From contig NC_058368.1 of assembly GCF_018350175.1 (NCBI RefSeq), positions 4,836,001-4,900,000 of the forward strand: DNA of 64,000 bases, in the 5' to 3' direction. This stretch comes from Felis catus (taxonomy: Eukaryota). The notes below the pieces were generated by a model. It saw only the letters and a program-made list of their open reading frames with translations, was not told the DNA's origin and did not search any database. Below are positions 24,506-37,210 of the stretch, one piece after another (within the stretch, counting starts at the first letter, position 1; each line of letters starts with the position of its first letter). A program made the position numbers and the translations under genes.

Positions 24506-24531
24506 ATGTGTGTGTGTGTGCGCGCGCGCGC
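24506..24531. repeat. (TG)7(CG)5 alternating purine-pyrimidine tract
   Basis: atgtgtgtgtgtgtgcgcgcgcgcgc read directly. Confidence 0.95.
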
Positions 24532-26257
24532 CCGCGCCAAGGATTTTTAACGATGATTTTAACTGTGTGCTTCTCAGAGAGAGCCATTGAAAATGTATAC
24601 ATGCAGACCTCACTAATTGCATTGATTCTATTGAATTGCATCATAATTGATCGTCTGTTTTTTAACAGAGCCCTCCACCATTCCCTCAAACCCAGCTTTT
24701 CTGATTTATAAAGTCAATTTGCTAATGGGAACCCATTTTCAGGAAATAAAAATAGGGGAGGAAAAATGAGGCCTGAGGACCCTCCCTTAGGGATCGGGGG
24801 CGGTCTGAGAAGCTGCAAAAACCATTGGCACTGAGCTGTTACCCCCCCCACACCCCCCACCTAACAAGCAGCCCTCCAGAAGGGTTTCTCTTTCCTTCCT
24901 GAAATATCCACCATGAGAATCATCACTAAAGCACATCCTGGAATTCAGAACCAGTCTACCACTTGAGGTACAGGTGGCTGCAAAGGTGATCTGAACAGAC
25001 CCAAAGGTTCTTCTGGCCCCAAACAGATGCTTTCACCACCAGATTTGCCCTCCGTGTTAAAGTGCTACAGAAAAATCCCCGTTAAGATACAAACTTGTTA
25101 GCAGGAAGAGGCGACCTGTAAGCATTACCCCTCAGCAATGGCAGGTGGTTAGACTTAGGGACTTCAGAAATCCACTCATCCCACAAATCCTCACTGGTGC
25201 CTATCTACTGGTGGATGGTGAGTGCTGGGGAGACGACCGACAAAGAAACAGCCCAGGCCCCTGCCCTGGGAGCCTAACTTTGACTACAGAACAGACTATA
25301 AACAAACGAATAAAAGTCAGGCAGTTATTCTTGCTGTAGAGAAAAATAAAGCCGTTTAGAAAGGCAGGTGTTGGAATCTCAGAGAGTATGGAAGTGCCGT
25401 GAATTCTCTGCTGGAACCAGCTGACACTACGTCCAGTTTTTCTGAAGGGCTTTTAGGTCTAATCCGGTATATGGGTCTGAGGGTGCCTTTCTGGGTCTGT
25501 TGCCTCATCAAGCAAACAAAGAGTAGTCCTTGTTTTCAGCAGTGTTTAGAGAGGAAGCTGTACTGCTTTCGTGCACACAGAGGTTCGGAGGGTCCGACAG
25601 TGTTGACGGATCGTCAGCCAGCAGATACTGATGTGAGACTGGGCTCCAAATGCATTAATCAGTTGGGCAAGAGTTCCATCTCTGATTCTGGTTTCTCCGG
25701 TTGTCAATATGGGGAGTAGTACCCACCTCAGGGGTCGCTGAGGACATTAAATGAGACAATGTATAAACATCAGAGGGCTAGCTAGCTGTTCCAGTAACTT
25801 CTCACTGAAGCCACTGGCCTTTAGGAGAATAGCCCTGGGGCATAGCCTTTGAAAGCTGAGGTTGCTTGATTGTAGGATTAATTTTCCTTTCCAATTCTTG
25901 CCACTCATTGGTAATTGATTCTTTCCCTACAAAAAGAAGTCGGCCGTGAGCCGGGGAAGCCTAATTTACTGAGGCACCCCGCTAGCCCTCTACCCACATG
26001 ATCTCTTTGTCATAGCTACCACTAACCATTGTACAGATTCAAAAGAGGATCCAAGAGGTCAGTCTCCTCGCCAGCAGCACACAGCACCTTACGTGGCGGA
26101 GGGAGGATTGCAGTCCTTCACCCTCAAAGCCCCGATGTTGCCCACGGCCGTGGCCTCCTTCAGGGCACGTGCTACTCTAGGCAGCAACAAACCACTGTGA
26201 AGCCAAAGGAAGAGGTTCTCGTCATTGGCCATTCTTTCATAATAGAATAGCTGTACC

Positions 26258-26685
26258 GTTGGTGGAATGCACCTGGTGTAGCCATTCTGGAAAACAGTAT
26301 GGAGGCCCCTCGAAGTTAAAAGCAGAACTGCCCTGGGACGCCTGGGTGGCTCAGTCAGGGAAGTGTCTGACTCTTGGGTTGGCTCAAGTCCGCGGTCTCA
26401 CAGTTTGTGAGTTCCAGCTGTGCTGACAGCATGGAACCCGCTTGGGATTCTCTCTCCCCCTCTCTCTGTTCCCCCCCTCAAAATAAATGAGTAAACTTAA
26501 AACAAATATTAGAACTGCCCTATGATCCAGCAATTGCATTACTAGGTATTTACCTCCAAGAATACAAAAACACTAATTCAAAGGGATACCCTCACCCCGG
26601 TGTTTATAGCAACATTATCTACAATAGCCAAATTATGGAAACAGCCCAAGTGTCTATTGAATGATGAATGGATAAAGAAGAGGTG

Positions 26686-26720
<35 letters not shown>

Positions 26721-27022
26721 GTGGAATATTATTGGCAATAAAAAAGAAGAAAATCTTGCTACTTGCAAAGACATGCATGGAGCTGGAGAATATTATGCTA
26801 AGCGAAATAAGCCAGAGAAAGACAAATACCACACGATTACGCTCATATGTGGTGACTAGAGGGCAAGTGGAGGAGGGTGGGGAAAATAGGGATGGGGATT
26901 AAGGAATGCACTTGTAGAGAGCACCGGGTGTTATATGAAAGTGTTGAATCATTCCATTGAACACCTGAAACTAATATTACAGTGTATGTTCCCTAACTGG
27001 AATTCAAATAAAAACTTGAAAC
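26258..27022 (+). mobile_element. Carnivore L1 3' fragment with nested CanSINE (26335-26510) and (CA)n (~26687-26717)
   Basis: gttggtggaatgca..ctggaaaacagtatggagg..tatgatccagcaattgca..acacctgaaactaatattaca..aataaaaactt; SINE TSD agaactgccct. Confidence 0.9.
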
Positions 27023-28340
27023 AAATAATAGCAATAGTATGTGGTTATTTTCTTGTACAAAAATAAAAGGGAGATACGACTTCTAGCTCCTGGGGCCAGA
27101 CAAATGTATCTCCGGGGTTATAGCAGTGAATTAGAGAGAAGAGCTGTACCCAAGCTGCCTGTCCCCCCTCCCCCCACCCCCAACCCTGACAGGTGCCATG
27201 GAGAGCCTGGATCGCCCTCTGGACATCAGGGGGTAGAACAGGGGACACCCTACCCTCGGTCCTCCCTGGCAAACTGCTCCCCAGAGGAGCCTGGGCAGTC
27301 TTTCCGTGGGGTGTCCGTTGAAGGCTGCTTCCCACAAAGCAACTCCACTCATCACCCACTTCCCAAACGTAATAATGTGGAAGACACCCAGATGGCTTTA
27401 CACCAGACATTGTCAGAGTCCGATGCCTAGAAATAGGTCTTTTGAATAGACCCAGAAGAAGAAACCATGGGAACCTTCCAAGGTTCCAAAGCAGTTTTTA
27501 GAGCAATCCCTCCATATGGGGTGAGACTTTAAAATGCGTGACAATAGCTGGGCATTAGATGCATCCGAGAAACAGGAGAAATGAAATTGTAGGTCGATGA
27601 AAAGGAAAGAGTTTGGGGGATAAAGTTGCCCAAAGGAAGGGTTCTATTTAAATTAATGTGTGCAGATCTAAGAATAAGCTTCTTGAATGTTCCATTTAGA
27701 CTGAGAGAGAATTTAACTTGCTTCCTTCTCTTCTAGGTTCAAAGCTGCATCTGTGGTTCACTTCTCTAAGCATTCATACTTAGTTTTGTGGGGCGATGTT
27801 ATTTAAAGTAATATTTTCTGCTATATGTGTTGGAATCCATTTTCACTTTAAACTTTTGGAAACTCTAATGTTAGTTGTCAACATGGCCTGAATAAATCTG
27901 TTTATTGTTTTATTAAAATCACGCTTTGGTCCGGAAAGAATTTTAGGTGGCATAGATAAATACATCCAATCCAAGAGAACAAGAAAGAGAATTAAAAACA
28001 GGCAGATGAGGAAAACATAACTCAAGGGAAATGAGAACAGAAAAGATGAACAGGCATTCATATATTTATATCTATGTAAATGCATACATTTATATCTGTT
28101 TTCATCAAAACTCTTTTAGCACTAACTCTGAAAGCAATGTAAGCAAACCGTGCAAAAATGAATCTTTAGCCTATTTAAAATAAGTAAAAAATCATGATGT
28201 ATTTCATGCAAACTGTATTATATTTGGGGGAAGAATGGAACTGTGATAAGGCAAGAGATCTAGAAGCTTCCAGAGGGCAAACCATTACAATTATTTCTTT
28301 ACATTGTACATATTTGTAAAATGTTGTACAATTTATAAAA

Positions 28341-28550
28341 TTTAAAAATTTTTTAAATGCGTATTTATTTTTGAGAGGGAAAGAGTACAAACGGGAGGGG
28401 CAGAGAGAGAGGGAGACACAGAATCCGAAGCAGGCTCCAGTCTCTGAGCGGTCAGCACAGAGCCCGATGTGGGGATTGAACCCACGAACCGCGAGATCAT
28501 GACCTGAGCAGAAGTCGGACACTTAAACGAGGGAGCCACCCAGGCGCCCC
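28341..28550 (-). mobile_element. CanSINE
   Basis: Reverse-complement SINE body. Confidence 0.94.
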
Positions 28551-31169
28551 TGTGCACTTTTGGAACATTTACTACATTTTGTTTCATGATGATAAGAGAA
28601 AAATGTAATATATCTATACTGTGTGAGCGGTGCGTGTATGTGTAACTGTTTTTCCGCTAGCACTAAAGTCACTTCCGAGAGCAAATAAAATCACTTTAGA
28701 GACTCAAGGATGCACAAGTAAAGTGTCTCCATTTCCTCTGGTTCTAGTCTACTAGGTAAGTCCTGTGAGCACTAAGTACTTGTTAACTAACTTTCCGATT
28801 GGCCTTTCTTCTTCTTTTATTCCTGTGAATGACTTTAATGTTTTCTGGGTGGATGTTTCCCCCATCTCTGTTGCGGGCCTACTGTGAGAGCTCACTGAGA
28901 GGAACATTCCTGGCGTTAGCCATGAATTTGTCTGTGAAAGCATTTAGATAGCGCTTCTGGATCGGAGATTGACCTTCGCACAGAGAATTAGGAAAAAAGC
29001 CTGAAGGGGGAGAAGAAGAGGCAGGAGCAGGGGAGGCCCCGCGGGGATGAATGGCAGCCCAGGAAAGATGAATGGGCCTCCAGGAAAGATAACGGGTAAT
29101 AATTCAGCCACACCTGGGGGTGCTGACTAGCTGTCAAGTAAGCAGTTCACAAATGATGGCCGGACACTAATGATACCCCCTACCAGCAGGCACTAGATGC
29201 AATGAAATATTTGCTCACTTGTCTGGAGATCTTGCATCTTGTGATGGACACGCTCCTCTGTTAGATATGATCATTTGTAAAATTTAGTTAATGGTTACTC
29301 TTGTTAATTCTTTTCTCAGCTTCTGTGATCGTATATGGCTAATTCGTTAGGATAAGGATTTCTTCTGCATTTGAAATACTCAGAAATGCATCGTGTGCCC
29401 TTCCTGGATTCCCAATACACAAATAACGTCAGGCTAATTATGGAGGGAGTTCTTTATTCTAAGCTGCATACAGACACAAATACAGGCTTTAGAATCTCTC
29501 CGAATTTCCAAAGGTAATACTACTCCTATGAATTGCTCTAGTGTGTTATTGGGACTTGAATTAAATGAAAGGAAATCAAGGGGGGTGGTTAATAAAGACT
29601 CACTCATGTCTACTGTCCTAAATTCTTCTAGGCGTCGAACAAGAATTTTATCTTGGGATCCTAATTAAAGTCACTTTTCATCATTTTCATTGTGTACCCC
29701 CGAGAAATAGGCTCATAAATAAAACTGACAAGACCTGACAGTGTTATTAACCACCCATGTCAAACTTGATCATCATAGCACAGAATCCCCGCATGATAGG
29801 CTGCTACGTACAACCACCTCCCGGCCCTCGGTCTGCCAGGTGGATACAGAGGAAGGAGAAACCAGATGAATAGAAGTTTCTTTGCAAAATGCAGCCCTTT
29901 GCTGGTCAGATTTTCCCCAAGAGCATTAATTGTGACCAACCGTGACCAGGGTGCTGTTGCTATCGAAGCAGTCGTTAACAAATCGTGCTTCCTCACTTTG
30001 ACTTTGGTTCCTTCCCTGAACTTGACAACTGTTTACTGGGTGATTCTCTTTGAAGAAAGATACCAGGCACACGGGGATTTTTCCTCACGGCCATTGTCCA
30101 TTAGGACATGAAAATATAATGAGAAGATAACATACATGTGTAAATCTACTTCCTGTGAATTAAATTGTCGTTTGAGTGTGACTTTAAGAGACCAATGCGA
30201 AGCATTCTGTGAAAAATTCCTTTATGAAGCAAAGATTCCAATTGTGTGACAAATAACAGTCAATTTGTAAACTGGAATTTGGGTATAAAGACCCACATTT
30301 GTAAGATTGAGAGGTTGCAGCTTTCTTTGTGAAAGTTTCTCTAGGTACTAGGTGGTGAGGAGGCCCTTGGAGACAGTGTGGGACCTGTACAAGGACACTG
30401 GATGGGGGTGGGGTGGGGAGAAGGCCACAGAGTGGAACATGGGACCCCAAAGAGCGTGAGACCCCATGGCACCAGTTTAGAAGGGTCCTCCGATCTAAGG
30501 CAGAGGGGTTTAGATTCAATGACCATTGTCACCCTCGAGGAGCCGGGGCGGGGGGGTCAGGGCAGAGGGGAGACTCAGATTCAAGGAACCCGGGAGAAAG
30601 GAGTCGGGCTCAGGGACACAGATGCGGAGGAAACAGAGAGGCGGCTGAGCCACAGCTCTCTGCTGGCCGCTCCGCGCCACACGCTGTCTGGATTCCACTC
30701 GTTCTCCAAGTACCGCAGAGGCAGGCAGGTGCCTCACTAAACACGCAGAGGAACCAGGGCCTCTGAGAGCAGCCTTTCCGGAGAAGCATCTTTACATCAC
30801 TGGAAACAGCCTCCAATCGACCCGGGACTGTTTGCCCTGGAACCATGAGGGAAGGTGACCAGGCTCTTACTGCACAACTTGGGGTTACCTGGCGCTGTCA
30901 CCTGTGTTCGGCTCTCTCCACACGCGCGTCTTTGCGACACAATTTGATCTCTTCCTTTCCTAGCTTCCTTCAAATAATCCACGTGGAACCCTCAGCCATG
31001 AGCTCATCTAAACCCTTTCTGGACCGCTTCTATTTTTAGCCTGCGCGCATTCTCGCAATAATGAGTTGTATCTTCTTCGCTATCATTGTAAAATGTGCAA
31101 TCCCTCCCCCCCCCTTGTCTTGAGAGGGCATTAGCGCGTCATCCTCATTCAGCCCTCTGCTTACTGCCC

Positions 31170-31400
31170 TTCATTCATTCATTCATTCATTCATTTGCTC
31201 GATAAGCATTGATCCAGCGCACACCACGGGCGGGATTCTGCGCCACGCACGGGAGGAACAAAGCAACGTGCTTCCAGCTCTCGAGGAACTCAGCACTGGG
31301 GAGACAGACTGGGAAATCCGACACTGCAGCTGGAAAGCGAGCAGGAGCGTCTGAGCAAGGTGTCACAGACGCAGCGAAGAGAAGTGCCTTCCCAACTAGT
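31170..31400 (-). mobile_element. L2 3' end with (TTCA)n tail
   Basis: (ttca)n followed by a degenerate L2 3' UTR ending ggggagacagac. Confidence 0.6.
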
Positions 31401-31797
31401 ACGCAATGCTTCACGACTCTGCCTGCCACTTCCACCCTAGATGTGTTAGATCTCGATGGTCTGGTACTTCTTTTTTTGTTTTTCAGTGTAAATAATCTGT
31501 ATCTTTTCATCCAGCCCCTTATGAAGGCTTCTTTAGACTCGACTTTTTAAATGTACGACGGGTCATATCCGTCTTGCCATTTGACTTGAAATGGAAGCAT
31601 CTTTCAAGTGCGGACACAACGCTAGAAAAAGTTAAGAGGTGGTGCCCTCCGGCTATTTCGCTCTTAGGTATCAACCTAACAGACAATTTTGCCACATGCA
31701 CTGTAGATCTGATCTTGGTTTCTTTGGAAATCCTCTTGAATTGTAACTGTTGAGAACCTAGCACTCCAGAAAAGTTCTTTTCTTCCCAAGAACTGAT

Positions 31798-31831
31798 TGT
31801 GTGTGTGTGTGTGTGTGTGTGTCTGTGTGTG
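31798..31831. repeat. (TG)n microsatellite
   Basis: Read directly. Confidence 0.95.
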
Positions 31832-32970
31832 CCTGCACGTGTATTTCTGTCTGTCTTCTTGGTGTGCCGAGGCTGAAGTTGGCTAGATTCTTTCACAAAT
31901 ACTAAATAAACCCCCTGCCCAGAATGCATAACTTAAGAATGGCGTCTGCGACAGCTAACGTTCTTAAGAGGATATGTGTTTTCTTGTAAGAGAGTTGAGT
32001 GGATGTAAAAGATACCGGTGACGGTCCCGCGAGAAAAATCCCAGGGTCACCTGGGACACCAAGCAGTATAGTGTCGGCGACTGGCTGACTTCGACTTTTC
32101 CACTCCGACTCTGACGTTTGTGATTTCATTTCATGGACACTGAAAGCTCTCTGGCTGCCCTGACAGGAGAAAGCTCCCGAAAGCATTCGATGGAGTGCTG
32201 TTACAATCCCTTTGAGTCCCTTGCTCCAAGGCGTCGAGAGCCACAGACCATCTTCCCGCTGCACCTGTGGACGCGCCACAGACCTCCTTTTGAAAACTAA
32301 GAAATCACACCTTAGGAATCTTCTCCCACGTCTTTGTCTTTCAGGAGCACAGAAGGCTCCATCTTTAGTCAAGACGTGTTTATGGCCTGAACAAAGACAA
32401 AGCAGCGAAAATATAAAATTAGACACATTGATTCATGCCATTTAACTAGCTATCTTCATGCTTTCGGTCCATTTACCTACACTGACATGTTCACATTTAT
32501 CTTTCCCATCCCACTTAAGATCACTGGACGTATTATACGTTTATCTTTTTGTGCATTGCCCCTCCTCTTCCCCACCAGAAAGACCAGTGTCTTTTGTCTA
32601 TTTTGTTCTGTTATACTTTGGCTCCTGGAATACTTGATAACTGCTCAAAAAATATTTAGTGACTGAATTCTGAATTTCAAAATGTAGGGCTTGCTCCTCA
32701 ATCCTCGTGAACGTATAAGGAGAAAGAAACTCGGTGTCTATGACGATTCCCCATGAATTCAGAGGACGCTCAGAAACAAAGATGATGAGTAGTTAGTGGA
32801 CATACACTTTTGTTGTCTAGCTATAGTCCCTCCTTAAGGAAACCTACCAACAATGCAGACATCCTCAGAACATAGGATCCACTGAGGAGTCTCTATATCT
32901 GGGTACGGGACTGAAAATCCGTATGGCTTAATGCCAGATCCTGATCCCTGCGTTAAGTCATCTAAGATGA

Positions 32971-33030
32971 CATCTCTTAAAAGGAAGCTGCATCTGATAA
33001 CATCTCTTAAAAGGAAGCTGCATCTGATAA
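32971..33030. repeat. Perfect 30-bp tandem duplication
   Basis: catctcttaaaaggaagctgcatctgataa twice. Confidence 0.97.
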
Positions 33031-34259
33031 TGGATTCGGGAGCAATAAATGTCATAGACCGAAGACAAGGGTGTTAAACGGAGCAAATCTCAACAGCTTG
33101 GAAGGTTGTGAGTCGCAGATCAAATTCTGTCAGACTTGACAGTGTTCTGGCATGAGTGGGCACGCAGCTGTAGACCTACCGCCAGGGCCCCACCTCCCTG
33201 CGGCCCTGAGGTCCCCTGAGCTCCAGCAGCCGGAGGAGGAAGGGCACAGCCTCACTGTTCTCAGCACCCCAGCCCAAACACAGGGCAACGAGGCTGAGGG
33301 AGGAGAGAGGCCGAGGTGAGGCTGGAAAGGAGTCGCTGTCTGCTATTTTGTGCTAAGAGCGGCCCCCCATGCAGACGGCCTCAAAGCCCCACCTGAGTCC
33401 CAACGTGGGGGAGGAAATGGACTCAGATGAAGAAGGCCCCGAGTCCAGCTGGTGGGCCAAAGTGCACCCCAGGCATGCCTTCCTCGCCCCCCAACCGAAA
33501 CCGCCATCGGCCTGGCCCTGCCCCTCTTCCGCAGCAGCGAGCCCCCTCCCTGTCGGGTTCTCGGCCAAGAGGAGGAAGAGGTGACCTTGACCTCCTGCTC
33601 TTGGGAGATCTTCACCCTGAGGAAGGCTTCAGTGAGGCTAAGTGGGCCATGGTGTGACTAAAACCCCAGCCAGCCCATCAGAATTGTCTATGAATACACA
33701 GCTTAGGGTCTCACTCTGAACCTCCAGCGTGCTGAGCTCACTGCCTCACTCTGTTCGTGGGGGACCGCAAACCCTGTGTCAAGAAAACCCTTTAGCCCTC
33801 CTGACCCACTGGCTTGGCTGAGCTTAGGACCCCTGCCCTCCCAGCCCGGGGCGTCCTGCTCAGTCGAGCATCTCCAGCACGGCTCCCGCACAGCACTAAT
33901 TTCACTGTTGAATGACCTGTCCGTGCACCTCTCCACCTCCCTGCTCCCCCTGCTCCCCCGACTGAACTACTTACTAGAGGGCAGGAGTCACCCAGGGGTC
34001 ACAGATCTGAAATGCAAAGGCACCTAGTACACCGCATTGGATGATTGCGGAAAGAGAGAAAGAGATGTGTGTGTCTAAGTGTTAAGAAAATTCAGAGAAA
34101 CCCCTTCCACCGAAGTTTCTCAGGGTGGATGCATTTGCACTATGCCTTGGAAGATGAGACTGGCTGTGGGCAGGTGGAAACTGGGGAGAGGGAGGGGGCT
34201 CTGAGAGCAGAGAGTGTAACAAGAAAGCCTGTATAGGGTAGCACCCCTTGGCTCCTGCC

Positions 34260-34460
34260 TCCTGCCCGCTGAGGTGGTCTCGAGCAAGTTACTTAGCCCC
34301 TGTGTGTGTTAGTTTCCTCCTCTGTGAGAGGAGAATGATGTTGGATCTGTTTCACCATGTTCTGAGGATCAAATGAGCGAACATTTGTTTAGGCTTAGAA
34401 CAAAGCTTGGCATACGGTAAGCATTTATGTAAATATCAGCCATTAGCAATACTATTATCA
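34260..34460 (+). mobile_element. MIR fossil
   Basis: gcaagttacttagcccct..agtttcctcctctgt..tgaggatcaaatgag..gcttagaaca..tggcatacggtaagca. Confidence 0.7.
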
Positions 34461-34555
34461 TCATGAGTCCAAATAAGAAATGTGGCAGGAACTCAGAGAC
34501 AGGAGAATGGAAACAGTCTGGAACAGACCTGGCTGAGGCTGTCGCTGCTGCTTTA

Positions 34556-34637
34556 TTTTTTCCTTTCCTTTCCTTTCCTTTCCTTTCCTTTCCTTTCCTT
34601 TCCTTTCTTTCTCTCTTTCTTTCTTTCTTTCTTTCTT
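34556..34637. repeat. Polypyrimidine (TTTCC)9/(TTTC)n microsatellite
   Basis: Read directly. Confidence 0.95.
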
Positions 34638-34866
34638 GATAGCCTAACATTCTAGATTTTTCTGCGTGTCACTTTCAAAGAGAGTATTCCAATGTTTCCA
34701 ATCCATCCCAAGATTTCGTTGAGAACAAGAGGGTCATTGTGTCCTCATGAAGAAGTCATTGGATCTTCTTATTTACGTTTCTAAAATAATCTGTATTTTG
34801 ACACCAGGCAAGGTTCCTCCCAATTTCATCCTTGATTGGAAAAAAGGCAGAGAACAGATCAATTAT

Positions 34867-34869
<3 letters not shown>

Positions 34870-34902
<33 letters not shown>
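34870..34902. repeat. (CA)n microsatellite
   Basis: Read directly. Confidence 0.95.
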
Positions 34903-34905
<3 letters not shown>

Positions 34906-35994
34906 GTTAGGGCAATAAAAGAAGGCAAATCATATTTCTCTGAAGATCATGGTTACATGAGATGTATAAACTGGCTAAACTAAATTGTTGCAAATCCCGT
35001 TTGTCTGTAATTTTTTTTCTTTAAATGTCCGGGTTGAGGTAAACCCCATTTGCATTTACATGATCATAAAAAATCACGAGAAAAATATACAATGCCGATC
35101 GACGTAAATATACAAGATAACAATAATAGACAATAGTGTATCTATGTTTTCCTTAATACCTTCAGCTAAGCCCACATCAGTCTAATTGCTTTGTTTTTTT
35201 TTTTTGTCACTCATTTGTCAATGTCTGGCCCCTTTCTTCAGTTGTTTTCTTTTAGAAAATAAAAGCCAGTTACATAACAGTGTTGGTTGCACCCCAGAGA
35301 CCATAATGATGAACCCAGAGGCCAGCAAAATGAGAGGAAACGCCAGTGCTGTGGGCCGACCCCCAGCTCGAGGCTTAAGTTGTGCTCAGTTCTGGACCTG
35401 ACTTTGTCTAAGTCTGAGACTTGAAACTGGATCTACTGTGATCTTGTTTTCCAAGTCTCCTAAGAGCTCCCAGAGCCAGGCAGCTGATCCAGGCACCTGC
35501 CCCAAATGCCCGGGTTCCCCTCCCGCCCTCAGGCTGCCTGGGCAGGGGGCTGTCAGTCTCTACCCTTCGTGGACGTGGACGGAGATGCCGTCCATTCTCC
35601 CCTCGCCCACTCTGTGTGACACTGCAGAAGGGGGGTTGCTTAGGTCAGCAAAAGGGTGGGCTTTGAAGTCCAGCCGGCACTTACCAGTTTGAGACTTGAG
35701 GCCATTCCTTTGGCCTTTGAGCCTTAGTTTCTCTTTCTGAAAATAGATCCATATGGTAAGTATCTTATGAATGTCTTCACTCAAGTGAGGAAGTAAACTG
35801 GAAAAGAGGAAAGAAGTGAGACCCCAGACAGGGGATCCAAGGAGAAGAGCAGCAAAGGGGCCCTCCAGGGAGGGCTGGTGCAAGATGACGAGGCATCCCT
35901 GGGTGCAGAGGGCAGTCCAGCCTGGGGCAGTGGCCAGCCTCAAAGGTGGAGCCTAGGGCCCTTGGCTCGGTGCCTGCCTCCGGGCCTACTTTCA

Positions 35995-36201
35995 TTTATT
36001 TATTTATTCATAAATGTTTATTATTTTTCAGAGAGAGAGAGACAGACAGAGCGTGAGCGGGGAACGAACAGAGAGAGAGGGAGACAGGATCCGAAGCAGG
36101 TTCCAGGCTACGAGCTGTCAAGACAGAGCCCAACATGGGGCTCGAACCCATGGTGCTGAGATCATGACCTGGGCCGAGGTCGGTAGCCACCCAGGTGCCC
36201 C
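35995..36201 (-). mobile_element. CanSINE
   Basis: TSD gcctactttca. Confidence 0.94.
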
Positions 36202-36568
36202 TGTGCCTACTTTCAATGAGTGAACTACTGGAAGATGAACCCCTGCCAAACAAGGGACTACAGCAAGACAGAAGGAGACATGAGATCTAGAGAGCAGCAA
36301 ATGCACAGGGAAGGGCAGAAAAAGTCAGACGTCAGCAATAGCAGCCTGGCCATCATCACCCCAAAAGATGGATGGAGACCCTGAGGAAGGTCATGGCCGA
36401 GGAACCCTGGAACTCCCTGGTCTTGGGAGAGGCTATTGGAGAATATGAGGAAAATCAGTAATCCATTGATAAGCCAGGGAATTATTGACTTGCAGAAAAC
36501 AAAAAGGAAGGAAGGAAATGATCAGAGCACACTAAATATTTAACCGTGAGTAATAGTTGCAAATGCAA

Positions 36569-37210
36569 GGGCACCTGGGGGGCTCAAGGTGGTTGAACAC
36601 CTGACTCCTGATTTCAGCTCAGGTCATGGTCCAGGATTGGGCCATCTAGCCCCACGTCAGGCTCTGCACTGAGCCTGGCGTCTGCTTAGGATTCTCTCTC
36701 TCTCTTTCTCTCTCTCTGCCCACTTCCCCCACTTGCTCTCTCTCTAAAATAAAATAAAATAAAATAAAGTAAAATAAAATAGGGGCATCTGGGTGCCTTA
36801 ATCAGTTAAGCATCCAACCTCAGCTCCGGTCATGATCTCACGGTTTGCGAGTTCAAGCCCCACATCGGGCTCTGTGCTGACAGTTCAGAGCCTGGAACCT
36901 CCTTCGGATTCTGTGTCTCCCTCTCTCTCTTTGCCTCTTCCCCCATTTGTGGGCTCTCTCTCTCTCTCAAAATAAATGAATTAATGAATTAAAAATAAAA
37001 TAAAATAAATTTTTAAAATAGTTACATAAGCAGATAAAGGTGAACAGTGAACACAGATTTAATTTAAAATTATAATTATTTTGAGGGGTGCCGGGCTGGC
37101 TCAGTCGGTAGAGTATGTGACCCTTGATTTCAATGTTATAAGTTCGAGCCCCTGTTGGGTGTAGAGTTTACTTAAAAATAAAATCTTAAAAAATAAAAAA
37201 TAAATAAAAA
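36569..37210 (+). mobile_element. Three CanSINEs (~36569-36781, ~36782-37018, short old ~37085-37210)
   Basis: Three heads and tails; last copy has TSD taaaattataa(t/c)tattttga. Confidence 0.92.

Noticed and set aside
23220..24622. Long ORFs (up to 234 aa) on both strands over the CpG island
   Set aside because: Stop-poor GC-rich DNA; overlapping P/R/G/A-rich frames with no recognisable domain, most without an ATG start
33369..33584. 71-aa ORF with acidic patch (..GEEMDSDEEG..)
   Set aside because: No recognisable homology, promoter, splice context or retrocopy hallmarks
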